From the NCBI GenBank assembly GCA_007376145.1, contig VMFP01000001.1:14639-78638 (forward strand): a DNA stretch of 64,000 nucleotides. The letters are read 5' to 3'. How positions within the stretch are numbered: the stretch's first letter is position 1; every line of letters begins with the position of its first letter. Origin of the DNA: Parcubacteria group bacterium Gr01-1014_38. Lineage in GTDB: Bacteria > Patescibacteriota > Andersenbacteria > UBA10190 > CAIZMI01. The notes beneath the pieces are model-generated. The model did not search any database and had not been told where the DNA came from. It worked only from the letters and a program-made list of their open reading frames with translations. The position numbers and the translations under genes are program-made. Shown here one piece after another: positions 28,510-38,379 of this stretch.

Positions 28510-29400
28510 ATGGACGATATCCGCCCCGTTAGAGACGGGGTCTCTAACGGGGTCCGACGTCCTCCGAGCGGGGGAACGAGAATCGCCGCTCGGCAGAACG
28601 TCCACGTTTCGCTTCCCGTCCGTGTCCTATCTCCGCGGCGGGGGCGGGGGAGAGCCCTGCTCCTGTTCGGCGCTGGGGTATCGCTCGCGCTTGGCGCATC
28701 TGCGCTCTTTGCTCCCCAGTTCCGCGTGGAAAAAATTCGCGTGGAAGGCGGCAGCGAGTTGCTCCGAACGCAGGTGGAGTCCAAAGTGAAAGCGTTCATC
28801 GAACGTGAGGCAGTCTTTCAGGGAACGCCGCGGCTCTTCCTCGTGCCCCGCGATCGCCTGGCAGAGACCCTCCGCGCTGAATTCCCGGAGCTCGCGACGG
28901 TGCAGGTCCTCCGTCGGTTGCCCGCGACGCTGGAGCTCTACCTGCAGGAAAAAGTCACCGTGGCATTCCTGGAGGTCGGCGGGCGCACCTTCGCGCTCGA
29001 GAGTGAAGGACGGATCGTTGCGGAAGTGTCGTCCGAGGATGCCCGCCGCGCCCAGCTCCCGCGCGTCCGGGATCTCCACACCACCATTCCCGTTCGACCG
29101 GGAGATACGGTGCTCAACCCCGCCGTGATGCAGCTCTTCCACGAGGTCGTCGTGAAGCTCCCGGAGCAATTCTCGGTATCGGTCGAAGAGCTGATTATCC
29201 CGGCGATCGGGAGCGAAGAGGTCCACGTCCACACCAGCGGCGGCTGGAATGTCCTCCTCGATGCCCGGCGGCCGCTCACGGACCAACTCGGGGCGCTCGA
29301 GAAAGTGGTCACGGAAGAACTGGATGCCGAGACCCTGCGCCGTCTCGAGTACATTGATCTCCGCATCCAAGGTAAAGTCTTTTACCGATTGAAACGGTGA
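28510..29400 (+). CDS. ftsQ: Cell division protein FtsQ/DivIB
   Basis: Single TM, POTRA-like segment, C-terminal EYIDLR. Confidence 0.8.
   Translation: MDDIRPVRDGVSNGVRRPPSGGTRIAARQNVHVSLPVRVLSPRRGRGRALLLFGAGVSLALGASALFAPQFRVEKIRVEGGSELLRTQVESKVKAFIEREAVFQGTPRLFLVPRDRLAETLRAEFPELATVQVLRRLPATLELYLQEKVTVAFLEVGGRTFALESEGRIVAEVSSEDARRAQLPRVRDLHTTIPVRPGDTVLNPAVMQLFHEVVVKLPEQFSVSVEELIIPAIGSEEVHVHTSGGWNVLLDARRPLTDQLGALEKVVTEELDAETLRRLEYIDLRIQGKVFYRLKR
28524..28552. mobile_element. Minimal 29-bp copy of the same MITE family, inserted in frame in ftsQ with a TCCG duplication
   Basis: tccg|CCCCGTTAGAGAC-GGG-GTCTCTAACGGGG|tccg; 29+4=33 bp. Confidence 0.8.
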
Positions 29401-31001
29401 CCGTACTCCTCGTCGCTCTCTGGAGTGCGCGGATGCTCCGGGTCACGCTGCAGCAGCTGTCCCTCTGGCAAGTGAAAGAATTTCGCTTGGATCGCGTCAC
29501 TGCTCACCTCCGTCTCCCGAGTGTCCGCGCGCAACTCGTTTCCCCGCTGGCACTCGCCAAATGGGGAGCGCTCGCCTGGTGGCTCGTTGACCCCGCATGG
29601 TCGTCCGCACGATCGTCACTTTTCGCCCTCACTACCGTGTACGCCGGCGAGACCGCGTGGTTCGTACGGGAAATAGCCCAGCGCGCGTTTCGGCGGCCTC
29701 ATCTATCGCCGCGGATCGGCATTCTGCTGTCCGGCGTGATGCTGGCCGCTGCCCTCCTGACCGTTCTCGGGCGCGTCCTCGAATGGCCGTGGACGCTGAC
29801 ACTTCTCGCGCTCGACCGCGGACTCTTTGCTCTGGTGGCCGCCATCGTCTTTGGGACCGTCCCCGTCACCGCGTGGAAGCGTCGGAGAATCATCCGCCGC
29901 GCTGCGCATCGGATGCGCGCCATCAGCGGTTTGACGACCGTTGGGATTACGGGGAGTTTCGGGAAATCGAGCACCAAGGAGTTTCTCGCTCTCCTTGCCG
30001 GCGCACGGTTTCACGTATTGAAAACTCCAGCCAACACCAATACGGACGTCGGGATCGCGCAGGTTATTCTCAAGGATCTCACCGAACAGCACACGCTGTT
30101 TGTGTGCGAGATGGGCGCGTACCGCCTTGGGGAGATCGCCCGTGCCGCGGCCCTCGTCCACCCGCGAATCGGGATCCTCGCCGCCGTCCGGGACCAGCAC
30201 CTCGCGCTGTTTGGCTCGCTCGAAGAGCTCGCGCGCGCGAAAGGAGAGCTTCTCCGCGCCTTGCCAGAGACGGGAGTTGCCATCGTGAACGGGGATGACC
30301 CGATGTGTGTCCGACTTTCCCGCGAGAGCCCGGCCGCGCGGGTGGTCCGCTACGGATTCCGGGAAGGAAACGATGTCCGCGGAGAGAAGCTTTCGGTCCG
30401 CCGCGATCAGTTCCATCTGACGGTTCGGAGTCGAGGGACGACTCACCAGGTAGACGTCCCCCTCCTCGGTGGGCACCAGGCCGGGAATCTCCTCGGCGCG
30501 TGGGCTGCCGCAGAGGTCCTCGGCGTTTCTCCGGACGAGCTCGCCGCGCGCGCGCCCATCCTCCGTCCACTCCCGCGGACCATGGAACCGCGAACCGGAC
30601 CGCGAAATACATTCGTTGTTGATGACACATACAGTGCGAATCCCGACGGCGTCGCCGCCGCACTGGAGTACCTCCCTGCTGCCGCAGCGAGGACCACGGT
30701 CGTGATCCTCACCACGATGATCGAACTTGGGTCGGCATCTGCCGCGGCGCATCGCCGTATCGGGGAAACGCTCCGGCGCGTGAAGCCAGATCTCACCGTC
30801 GTAACGGCACGAGATTTTGCTCGTGACCTCATCGCGGGAGCAGCGAACGGCGGTTCGGATGTTCCTCTCCACATCGTCGTGGAACCGCGCCCGGAGCGAG
30901 CGTTTTCCCGTATCGAACCGCTCCTCGGCGCAGGCACGGTCGTCCTCCTTGAGGGACGGATTCCCGAATCGCTCCGCCAGAAATTCTTGTCCTCCGCATG
31001 A
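29397..31001 (+). CDS. murF: MurF-like Mur ligase with an N-terminal membrane domain
   Basis: GITGSFGKSSTKE, EMGAY, DDTYSANP, MIELG; hydrophobic first ~160 aa. Confidence 0.82.
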   Translation: MTVLLVALWSARMLRVTLQQLSLWQVKEFRLDRVTAHLRLPSVRAQLVSPLALAKWGALAWWLVDPAWSSARSSLFALTTVYAGETAWFVREIAQRAFRRPHLSPRIGILLSGVMLAAALLTVLGRVLEWPWTLTLLALDRGLFALVAAIVFGTVPVTAWKRRRIIRRAAHRMRAISGLTTVGITGSFGKSSTKEFLALLAGARFHVLKTPANTNTDVGIAQVILKDLTEQHTLFVCEMGAYRLGEIARAAALVHPRIGILAAVRDQHLALFGSLEELARAKGELLRALPETGVAIVNGDDPMCVRLSRESPAARVVRYGFREGNDVRGEKLSVRRDQFHLTVRSRGTTHQVDVPLLGGHQAGNLLGAWAAAEVLGVSPDELAARAPILRPLPRTMEPRTGPRNTFVVDDTYSANPDGVAAALEYLPAAAARTTVVILTTMIELGSASAAAHRRIGETLRRVKPDLTVVTARDFARDLIAGAANGGSDVPLHIVVEPRPERAFSRIEPLLGAGTVVLLEGRIPESLRQKFLSSA

Positions 31002-32290
31002 CTCTCGCTCGCGTCATCCACGCCTCGCTGGCACCGACGGTGTCGCTTCGGGACGTCCGGCTCGCTGCTGCTCTCCTCGTGCGGCCCGCGGCGTGGCAGA
31101 ACGGACCCCATCGTGAACGGCTCGAGCAGGAGCTGAAGGCTCATGTGGAGAACGCGAGTGTGGTGGCGCTCGGCAGCGGGAGAAACGCCTTGCGCCTCGT
31201 CCTCGAGGCGCTTGAACTCCGGCGGGGAGACGCCGTCTTCCTCCAAGCGTACACGTGCGTCTCCGTTCCCGGACCGGTGCTCTGGGTTGGCGCGACGCCG
31301 GTCTACGTCGATATCCGCCCGGACACCTTCACGATGGATCCCGACGATCTGCGGCGAAAGCTCGAAGCGCTTCCACCAAGGAGTCGCCCGCGTGTCCTCA
31401 TTGTTCAGCACACCTTCGGACTTCCGGCAGATCTCGACCAGCTCTTGGAGATCGCTCGCGCCCAGAACCTGTTCGTCATTGAGGATTGTGCTCATGCGCT
31501 CGGCGCGACGTACCAAGGCCGCCCCGTTGGAACCTTCGGAGACGCCGCCATTGTTTCCTTTGGCCGAGACAAAGTCATTTCCTCTGTCTTCGGCGGAGCA
31601 CTGTTCGTTCGCAATGCATTCGTCGCGCAACGGCTCGCGCCACGCATCGCCGCACTCCCGGTCCCGTCTCGCTGGTGGATTGCTCAACAGCTCTTGCATC
31701 CCCTGCTTGCCACCGCTGCCCGGGAAACCTACTGGGCAGGAGGCCGGTACGCGCTCAGAAGCTTCCAAGAGCTCGGCGTGCTCTCCAAAGCGCTGACAGC
31801 AGCGGAAAAGCGCGGTGGAGCGCCATCGCTCGCGCCGCATCACTTGCCGAACGCGCTCGCCGCCCTTGCGCGTTCTCAATTCCAGCAGCTGCCGGAATTC
31901 TCCCAGCAGCGGCAGACGCTCGCGAAGCACTACACGGAATCGCTCCGCGACTTCTCGGATGTTCGCCTGCCCGAGATACCGCCCGATCGCACCCACGGAT
32001 TCCTCCGGTACACGATTCGCGTCCCAAACCCGGCTCGTCTCCATGCGGCGGCTCGCCGAGCGGGAATCATTCTCGGCGACTGGTACGATACCGTCGTGGC
32101 GCCGCGCGACACGGACCTCTCCGCGGTCCAGTACCGCCTTGGTTCCTGTCCGCACGCAGAAGAGGCCGCTCAAAGATCCGTGAATCTCCCCACGTCGCCT
32201 GGCATTGGTATCCCCGAGGCCGATCGGGTCCTCCGCAGTGTCCGTAAGGCACGGTCGCTCCCGCACTGGGGGCATGCCAATCCCCAATGA
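30998..32290 (+). CDS. DegT/DnrJ/EryC1/StrS PLP-dependent aminotransferase
   Basis: SGR.AL, QHTFG, IEDCAHALG, SFGRDK, NLPT. Confidence 0.9.
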   Translation: MTLARVIHASLAPTVSLRDVRLAAALLVRPAAWQNGPHRERLEQELKAHVENASVVALGSGRNALRLVLEALELRRGDAVFLQAYTCVSVPGPVLWVGATPVYVDIRPDTFTMDPDDLRRKLEALPPRSRPRVLIVQHTFGLPADLDQLLEIARAQNLFVIEDCAHALGATYQGRPVGTFGDAAIVSFGRDKVISSVFGGALFVRNAFVAQRLAPRIAALPVPSRWWIAQQLLHPLLATAARETYWAGGRYALRSFQELGVLSKALTAAEKRGGAPSLAPHHLPNALAALARSQFQQLPEFSQQRQTLAKHYTESLRDFSDVRLPEIPPDRTHGFLRYTIRVPNPARLHAAARRAGIILGDWYDTVVAPRDTDLSAVQYRLGSCPHAEEAAQRSVNLPTSPGIGIPEADRVLRSVRKARSLPHWGHANPQ

Positions 32291-33294
32291 CGATCCGTTC
32301 AGCGACCGATCGCGCCGCGTGGGAATTTGCTCTCGCGGCATTCGCGCCTCCAACCTTTCTTCAATCGTGGGCGTGGGGTGAAGTGCAGGAGATGCTCGGA
32401 GAGCAGGTGATTCGTCTTCAGGTGTCGGAAGACGCGCGAACCGTGGGAATCGCCCAGGCGGTGACGGTGACCGCGCGACGAGCAACATTCCTTCACGTTC
32501 CCCACGGACCAGTTGCAGAGAAGGGCAGAGTCGACGCCATACGAAATCTCCTCGAAGCGCTCCGTGATGAAAGCACGCGGCGGGGATTGGATGTTCTCCG
32601 CGTGAGCCCGATTCAGGAAGACACCGAAACGCACCGCGAGCTCTACTTGGACCTTCGATTCCGCGCTGCCCCGATCCACATCCACGCCGAGCGCCTCTGG
32701 ATCCTCGACCTCTCGCCAGCGGAGGAGGAACTCCTCGCGCAGATGCGCAAAACTACTCGGAACCTCATCCGCCGCGCGGAGCGCGAAGGCGTCCGGGTGC
32801 GCGCTTCCGCTTCCCCGAAGGATCTCCCGATGTTTCTCCGTCTCTACGCGGAAACCGCGCGACGCGAGCGGTTCGTCCCGTTTTCTGAACGCGCCCTGAC
32901 GGCCGAGTTCCGGACGTTCGCTGCGGAGGGAAACGCCGCCATCTTCTTCGCCGAGCATGAGGGGAAGCCGCTCGCTTCGGCGATGATCCTGTTCACGCCG
33001 TGGAGCGCGTTCTACCACCATGGGGCTTCGTCGCGACTTCGCCCCCACGTGCCGGCGGCGTACGCACTCCAGTGGGCGGCCATTCGCGAAGCGAAGCGTC
33101 GCGGCTGCCGCGAGTACAACTTCTGGGGCGTCGCATCGGAACGCGGACATCCCTGGGCTGGACTCACGCTCTTCAAAACCGGGTTTGGGGGAAGGGAAGT
33201 CCCGCTGGTGCCAACCCAGGACTTGCCGCTGTCGCCGCGATACTGGCCGGCCTTCGCCCTGGAAACGGTACGTCGTTGGAAAAGAGGAATGTAA
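32287..33294 (+). CDS. FemABX family peptidyl transferase
   Basis: FLQSWAWG, PHGP, MRKTTR..IR.A, YHHGAS, LQW.AI, FKTGFGG. Confidence 0.9.
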   Translation: MTIRSATDRAAWEFALAAFAPPTFLQSWAWGEVQEMLGEQVIRLQVSEDARTVGIAQAVTVTARRATFLHVPHGPVAEKGRVDAIRNLLEALRDESTRRGLDVLRVSPIQEDTETHRELYLDLRFRAAPIHIHAERLWILDLSPAEEELLAQMRKTTRNLIRRAEREGVRVRASASPKDLPMFLRLYAETARRERFVPFSERALTAEFRTFAAEGNAAIFFAEHEGKPLASAMILFTPWSAFYHHGASSRLRPHVPAAYALQWAAIREAKRRGCREYNFWGVASERGHPWAGLTLFKTGFGGREVPLVPTQDLPLSPRYWPAFALETVRRWKRGM

Positions 33295-33388
33295 TGGAAG
33301 TTGTGCAACTCGCGCGAAGGAAGGCTACGACCGACAGGCCGGTCTACGTTCTGGAAGTTGCTCGCCCGTGGAAGCGCAGCGTGTGAAT

Positions 33389-33958
33389 ATGCAAAAGATT
33401 TTCTGGTGGATTGTGCCTGGCATTGGTGCGTTTCTTTTCTTCCTTGCACTTGGCAGTAACAACCAACCTTCGCCACCGCCGAGCCTCTCGCCGACCCCCG
33501 CGGTTTCTCCGGTTGCTCAAGCGGCTCACGCGACGCCAAAGCCTGCAACTCGAGGCGAAGAAGCAGAAGTTCAAGAAGTTATTGACGGCGATACCGTGAA
33601 GCTCGCCGATGGGCGCATTGTCCGGTACGTCGGGATTGATACGCCGGAAACCGGGGCGGGACGGCGGACGGTCGAATGCTTCGCGCACGAAGCAACGGAA
33701 CGCAATCGTCAGCTCGTCGAAGGGAAGCGCGTCCGCTTGGAAAAAGACGTATCGGAGACCGACCGGTACGGCCGCATCCTCCGATTCGTTTACCTTGGCG
33801 ACGTGTTTGTGAACGAGCTTTTGGTGAAGGAAGGCTACGCGACGGCCTTTCCGTATCCTCCCGACGTGAAATACCGAGAGGTGTTCCGGGCAGCCGAGCG
33901 GACGGCGCGCGCCTCCGGCAGAGGAATGTGGGGAGCCGCTTGCAGGATCCGCCACTAA
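33389..33958 (+). CDS. Membrane-anchored thermonuclease (SNase family)
   Basis: VIDGDT, RYVGIDTPE, DRYGR.L, N..LV.EG.A; N-terminal TM and Pro-rich linker. Confidence 0.92.
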   Translation: MQKIFWWIVPGIGAFLFFLALGSNNQPSPPPSLSPTPAVSPVAQAAHATPKPATRGEEAEVQEVIDGDTVKLADGRIVRYVGIDTPETGAGRRTVECFAHEATERNRQLVEGKRVRLEKDVSETDRYGRILRFVYLGDVFVNELLVKEGYATAFPYPPDVKYREVFRAAERTARASGRGMWGAACRIRH

Positions 33959-34052
33959 AACCAACCTGGAGGTTCTAACCTTTATAATTTTAGGAATTCG
34001 CACTCGAGTAGCCGCTGCTTATAGGATCTTGTAAAGAGTGTATACTGCAGTT

Positions 34053-35558
34053 GTGCGTAAACAAACCATCGCTCTTTTGGTGGGTAGTGGTAGTTTACTC
34101 ATTTTTCTCCTCTGGCTTTTACTATTCCGCTTCCCAGATATGTCGGAGGCGTTTCCCATTGGACAAAAGGTTTCCCCCGCTTCTTCTTTCAATACACGCA
34201 CCACGCTTCTCGCGCGGATTCCGTTTCGCTACGCATATGATGCTTGCGGAGAAATGAGCTTCCACTGGTCCTGTTTCTTTCCTCAATTTCGAGATGGATT
34301 CGGTGGTATTGCATTTAGTCCGACTGGGTACATGGTTGGGTATGTGGCGCAAAGAACCTTTGAAGAGAAGGCATTTCTCGCATCCGCAAAGAATGGTGAT
34401 TCGGTCACCTGGTCAATTGGCAACACCGGCATTCCGTCCTTCGGCGCGGACGGCTCCTCTGCCTTTATTGCTTTCGAGGATAGGAAGCAACACGTGGTAA
34501 TCAACGGCATACGTGGAAAATCCTACGATCAGGTGGGAAGAGTTGTGTTCAGTCCCGACGGGCATCGAAATGCTTATACAGCTCAAAGAGGAGAGAAGAC
34601 TTTTGTAGTTATAGACGGCCGCGAGGAGCAGGCACAATTTGACGAGATTGATGGCGACTCCATCACTTTCAGCCGCGATGGACGGCATGTTGCCTACATT
34701 GGGACAGACAGAAAAGAGAAGAAGCAGTTTGTCGTTCTTGATGGGCGGGTGAGTAGGGAGCTTCCCGGCTGGATTGGATATCGAAACCCTTCTCAACTTG
34801 TGGCTCATGAGAAGTTTCCAGAAATGGCGATGAACCGGGGTGGTACGGCAATTGCGGTGCCGATTATTCTATATCATCCCGACGCGATACGCGCGGATGA
34901 GACTCTTGGAGCATTCATCGCGATCATTATCAACGACGGGTCCCGGTTGCAACACCTCCAAGGAAAGCAATACGAGAGAGTAAGTCCTCCCGTCTTTACC
35001 GATGAAACGGTTGCCTACGCCGCATGCGATCAAGATTGTTTTCTGGTGATTGGCACCAACCAATTGGAAGACCACGCCGGGATCGACTTTGATTCACTCG
35101 CCGTGAGTCAGGATGGACGAAGTGTCGCGTTTGTAGCCTACGAAGAAGAACACGGCGGAAGACAATACATAGTTTGGAAAGGCGGTCGGAGCCGCGTGTA
35201 CGAAGGAGGGGTGAGTAACCTTAGGTTTCCTCCCGGGTCAGATCTCCCCGTGTATTTTGTGCATGATGAAGAGGACCGGACACTTCTTATGCACGGCAAT
35301 AAGGAACTTGACCGTGGCGACACACGCTTTTGGGGTCAGGTTAAGTTTGCCTTCAGCCTGGATGGACAATCTATGGCCTGGGCAGGCGTAACTAGCAACG
35401 GTCAGTATGCGATGGTAGTGAATGGAAAACGAGGAAGGTTGTACGATTACGTCTGGGAACCTCACTTCAGTCCAGATGGAAAGTACGTTGGTTACGGAGC
35501 CCGCGATGGACACAACCTTTGGTGGGTTGTGGAGAAAGCTAAGCAATCCACATCATGA
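34053..35558 (+). CDS. Exported TolB/PD40-like beta-propeller protein
   Basis: N-terminal TM; repeated FSPDG/FSRDG/SQDG-x-x-AY/AF blades; start placed 6 nt after TATACT. Confidence 0.75.
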   Translation: MRKQTIALLVGSGSLLIFLLWLLLFRFPDMSEAFPIGQKVSPASSFNTRTTLLARIPFRYAYDACGEMSFHWSCFFPQFRDGFGGIAFSPTGYMVGYVAQRTFEEKAFLASAKNGDSVTWSIGNTGIPSFGADGSSAFIAFEDRKQHVVINGIRGKSYDQVGRVVFSPDGHRNAYTAQRGEKTFVVIDGREEQAQFDEIDGDSITFSRDGRHVAYIGTDRKEKKQFVVLDGRVSRELPGWIGYRNPSQLVAHEKFPEMAMNRGGTAIAVPIILYHPDAIRADETLGAFIAIIINDGSRLQHLQGKQYERVSPPVFTDETVAYAACDQDCFLVIGTNQLEDHAGIDFDSLAVSQDGRSVAFVAYEEEHGGRQYIVWKGGRSRVYEGGVSNLRFPPGSDLPVYFVHDEEDRTLLMHGNKELDRGDTRFWGQVKFAFSLDGQSMAWAGVTSNGQYAMVVNGKRGRLYDYVWEPHFSPDGKYVGYGARDGHNLWWVVEKAKQSTS

Positions 35559-36814
35559 ATACCAACGAAGTTCCTCCTCAAATGAAAACGGAACAGGACA
35601 GAATACCTCTTAGGTACATTCGGTGGTTCGTCCTCTCCTCCGTTGCTGTTCTTCTTCTCGCCACGCTCGGAATCGGACTCTACTTTAAAGCAGAGTACGA
35701 TCTCTTCGCACTCGGCACCGGTTTTGCGCTGAATCTCGGCCTGTTGGCTACCATTTGGTTTCTATCATTTTCCTGGCATCTACTCTTCTTCCCCGGAAAA
35801 CGTTGGGCAAACCGCGCGGCCAACATCGTTCCATGGGTTCTCTATGTTCCGTTCTCTCCTTCGAGTTTCCCTCTCGCACACATCATCCTGGGTATTCTCG
35901 GCGGACCCAGTTACGATTGGCTTCTTTTCACGTGGGCGCTGGTGGCAGCACTCCACCTGGGTTTTATCCGACTCGTTACGCACCTGTGCTATCGTGGCCG
36001 CACAGCGCCATTCAGCGCGGTAGTGCTCCTGCTCGGCGCATTTATCCTCGCGAGCAGCTGGCGCTCGGCCGCAGAGCATTATGCAACCTCCCTGACAGGA
36101 ACTTCAGTTGGAGGAATCTTCTCGTTTGATGCGAACACCCTCACCAAAGGCAAATGTAATAGGTTACGGTTTTCATCCTCGGGAAGGCAGAACTATGTGC
36201 AATGCCTTGGACACGTGAAGCGCATCGAGGAATGCCGATCACCCGACGCCACTCAATATTCGCTCTCTTACTACAAGGAAGTCTGCGCGGGTTTTAATTT
36301 CGGCGTCGCAGAAAGAGTTTATAGAGGAGAGGGCACTCATAGCCTAAAAGAGCTAAACTTCCTCAAGTCTCTTAAATGGAATGACGCGGAACGTTTTTTC
36401 GAAAGATATGGTGATATGGTCCCAACATTTCTACCTCCCGGTGTACAGCTAAGTCTAGCTGAGCGCTCAATCACTGGTGACCCAAAGCGTGATGGTGCGG
36501 GAGTACGTGAGTCCTACAGCTGCGGACAGGAGATACAGGCTCTCTCAACCATCAAGATTCCACGTGCGCTTGCCGCCTATGACATTCGCGTCCGACCGGA
36601 ACGCGCTTCGCGTCTGGAGAGGGCCGTCGACATAAATGGCGTTCCCGGTGCCATGACCATCGAAGATGACGGGTACGCAGACGAGTTGATTTGGCAGACT
36701 GATAAGTACTTGATTCAAATCGGGAGAGGTAGATATCCCCCACCTTGTCCGCAGTTGTTTTCTCCGGACCAGTTACTGATCATCGCTCGCTCCATGAGAT
36801 ACCAGGGGCGTTAA
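35555..36814 (+). CDS. Hypothetical multi-TM protein with a Cys-containing C-terminal extracytoplasmic domain
   Basis: ATGA overlap with the upstream gene; about 5 hydrophobic segments followed by a soluble domain. Confidence 0.7.
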   Translation: MNTNEVPPQMKTEQDRIPLRYIRWFVLSSVAVLLLATLGIGLYFKAEYDLFALGTGFALNLGLLATIWFLSFSWHLLFFPGKRWANRAANIVPWVLYVPFSPSSFPLAHIILGILGGPSYDWLLFTWALVAALHLGFIRLVTHLCYRGRTAPFSAVVLLLGAFILASSWRSAAEHYATSLTGTSVGGIFSFDANTLTKGKCNRLRFSSSGRQNYVQCLGHVKRIEECRSPDATQYSLSYYKEVCAGFNFGVAERVYRGEGTHSLKELNFLKSLKWNDAERFFERYGDMVPTFLPPGVQLSLAERSITGDPKRDGAGVRESYSCGQEIQALSTIKIPRALAAYDIRVRPERASRLERAVDINGVPGAMTIEDDGYADELIWQTDKYLIQIGRGRYPPPCPQLFSPDQLLIIARSMRYQGR

Positions 36815-38379
36815 TTGATGGGTTCAAAGACATACTTTCGTACGATAATGTCCCCTTGGAAGGCAAAGAGTTCTGAAAATCGCGTTTCGGACGCAAGGCG
36901 GTAGGAAGGTGGAACCGGCAGAGAAGAGCCGCCGAAGCCGGTGGTGTCTACAACCCAAAGACGAGGTATGAGACGTGAGACATGAGACGTGAGTACTTCG
37001 GGGCCGACGATATCGTTCGGCGTAAGGATGGGCGCCCCGGCGAAATGCGCGACTTCGCCGGTTTCGGAGTACAGGCGAACCGATCGTCCTTCCCGACAGG
37101 ATCCTCCGCGGACATCGCAGCCGAGGTGGAACGAGAGGGGAAAGTACGCGAACGGCGAGCTCACCACAATCGGTTCGCTCGGCATGGCTGTCTCGGCAAG
37201 GAACGCCGCAGCAGCGCGAGCGCCGGGGTGGCGGGGAAAATCGAGCTGCTGCCAGAAGTGCGTCACGGAGAGGAAGCCAAAGCCGGCAAGAGCCACGAGT
37301 ATCGCCATGCGGAGTCGAGAAGGAAGGAACGATACCGTTCGCGCGAGCAGGAGCAGAAGACCGAGGGAGGCAAACAAGAAGTACCGATCGAGGTAGACGC
37401 TCGTCCGCAGCGAGACCGCAGCGCTCAAGAGCAGGGGGATGACGAAGCTCGTCGCCGCCACCAGATCGCCAAAGGACCGGCCGCGCAGGAGCGGGAACAC
37501 CACGAAGAACAGCGCGGCGAGCGACGCGAGAACGGCCCAGACCGGGGAAATGTCGCCAGCTCCACCCCAGAAGAGGCGGGCGAACGTATTCGGGATGGAC
37601 CACGCGCCGATGCGGGGAATCCAGTACGCCTCTTGGACGCGCTGCGCTTGCGCGAAGAAGACGGGTACCTGCGGGAGGAAGAGGAGCGCGGAGAGCCAGA
37701 ACCCGACTTCGGCGGCGTGGAAGTTTGGTGAGCGGAGGACAGTCGAGGCACCCCGTCGCATCCGACCGAGGAAGTACGCGAGTTTCGCCGCGCCGAGCGC
37801 AACCCAGGAGAAGAGCGCATAGTAGTGCACGTGGAGGAGCGCCCCGAGGGCGCCCCCGAACCCAAGGCCAGCCCACCACACGTTCCCGCGCGACCGGACT
37901 TCCGCGACGCGGACGAGTGCGGCCATGGCGAGTGGGACCAGAACCGTCCCGAGCGTGTACATCCGTGCTTCCCAGGCGTACTGGATCTGGAAGGCGCTCA
38001 CCGCCGTGAGGAGTCCGGCAGCGCACGCCACCCACCGGGAGCGGAAAAGCACCCGCCCGGCGAGGATCATCGCTGCAACGGTGGCCGCACCGAAAAGAAC
38101 CGAAAGCGCGCGCAGCCAGAGGAGTGTCGTCTCCGGACCAGTGCCACGCGCAGGGAGCATCCAGAACCAGAGGAGAAGGTAATAGAGCACCGGATGCACG
38201 TCGGCCGCCGCGCGCGTGAAGAACTCGGACGACGGGAAATACCCGATGAGCCGCCACGAAAACGCCTCGTCAAACCAGAGCGAGCGCGAGGTCAAGAAGG
38301 GAAAACGGAGGGCAAACCCGAGTGCCACGATCGCAATGACCGTCCACGGGAACAGCCGCTTCAGCGCTCGACGAGTCAT
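36811..38379 (-). CDS. GT-C fold glycosyltransferase (PMT/GT39-like)
   Basis: LR...L...SLWFDEA, D.HP.LYY, EARMY, RY; multi-TM. Confidence 0.85.
   Translation of the reverse strand: MTRRALKRLFPWTVIAIVALGFALRFPFLTSRSLWFDEAFSWRLIGYFPSSEFFTRAAADVHPVLYYLLLWFWMLPARGTGPETTLLWLRALSVLFGAATVAAMILAGRVLFRSRWVACAAGLLTAVSAFQIQYAWEARMYTLGTVLVPLAMAALVRVAEVRSRGNVWWAGLGFGGALGALLHVHYYALFSWVALGAAKLAYFLGRMRRGASTVLRSPNFHAAEVGFWLSALLFLPQVPVFFAQAQRVQEAYWIPRIGAWSIPNTFARLFWGGAGDISPVWAVLASLAALFFVVFPLLRGRSFGDLVAATSFVIPLLLSAAVSLRTSVYLDRYFLFASLGLLLLLARTVSFLPSRLRMAILVALAGFGFLSVTHFWQQLDFPRHPGARAAAAFLAETAMPSEPIVVSSPFAYFPLSFHLGCDVRGGSCREGRSVRLYSETGEVAHFAGAPILTPNDIVGPEVLTSHVSRLIPRLWVVDTTGFGGSSLPVPPSYRLASETRFSELFAFQGDIIVRKYVFEPIN
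36961..36995 (+). repeat. Heptamer tandem repeat (5 units) inside the GT-C gene
   Basis: ACGAGGT ATGAGAC GTGAGAC ATGAGAC GTGAGTA, encoding LTSHVSRLIPR on the minus strand. Confidence 0.75.

Noticed and set aside
30443-32488. Long antisense or alternative-frame ORFs (681 aa here; also 13490-14989, 20740-22200, 23146-24567, 38487-40100, 41395-42786)
   Set aside because: They shadow genes with clear motifs, are expected in GC-rich DNA and show no family motifs.
33294-33386. 30-aa ORF bridging femX and the nuclease gene
   Set aside because: It has overlap geometry but no recognisable motif and is too short to support.
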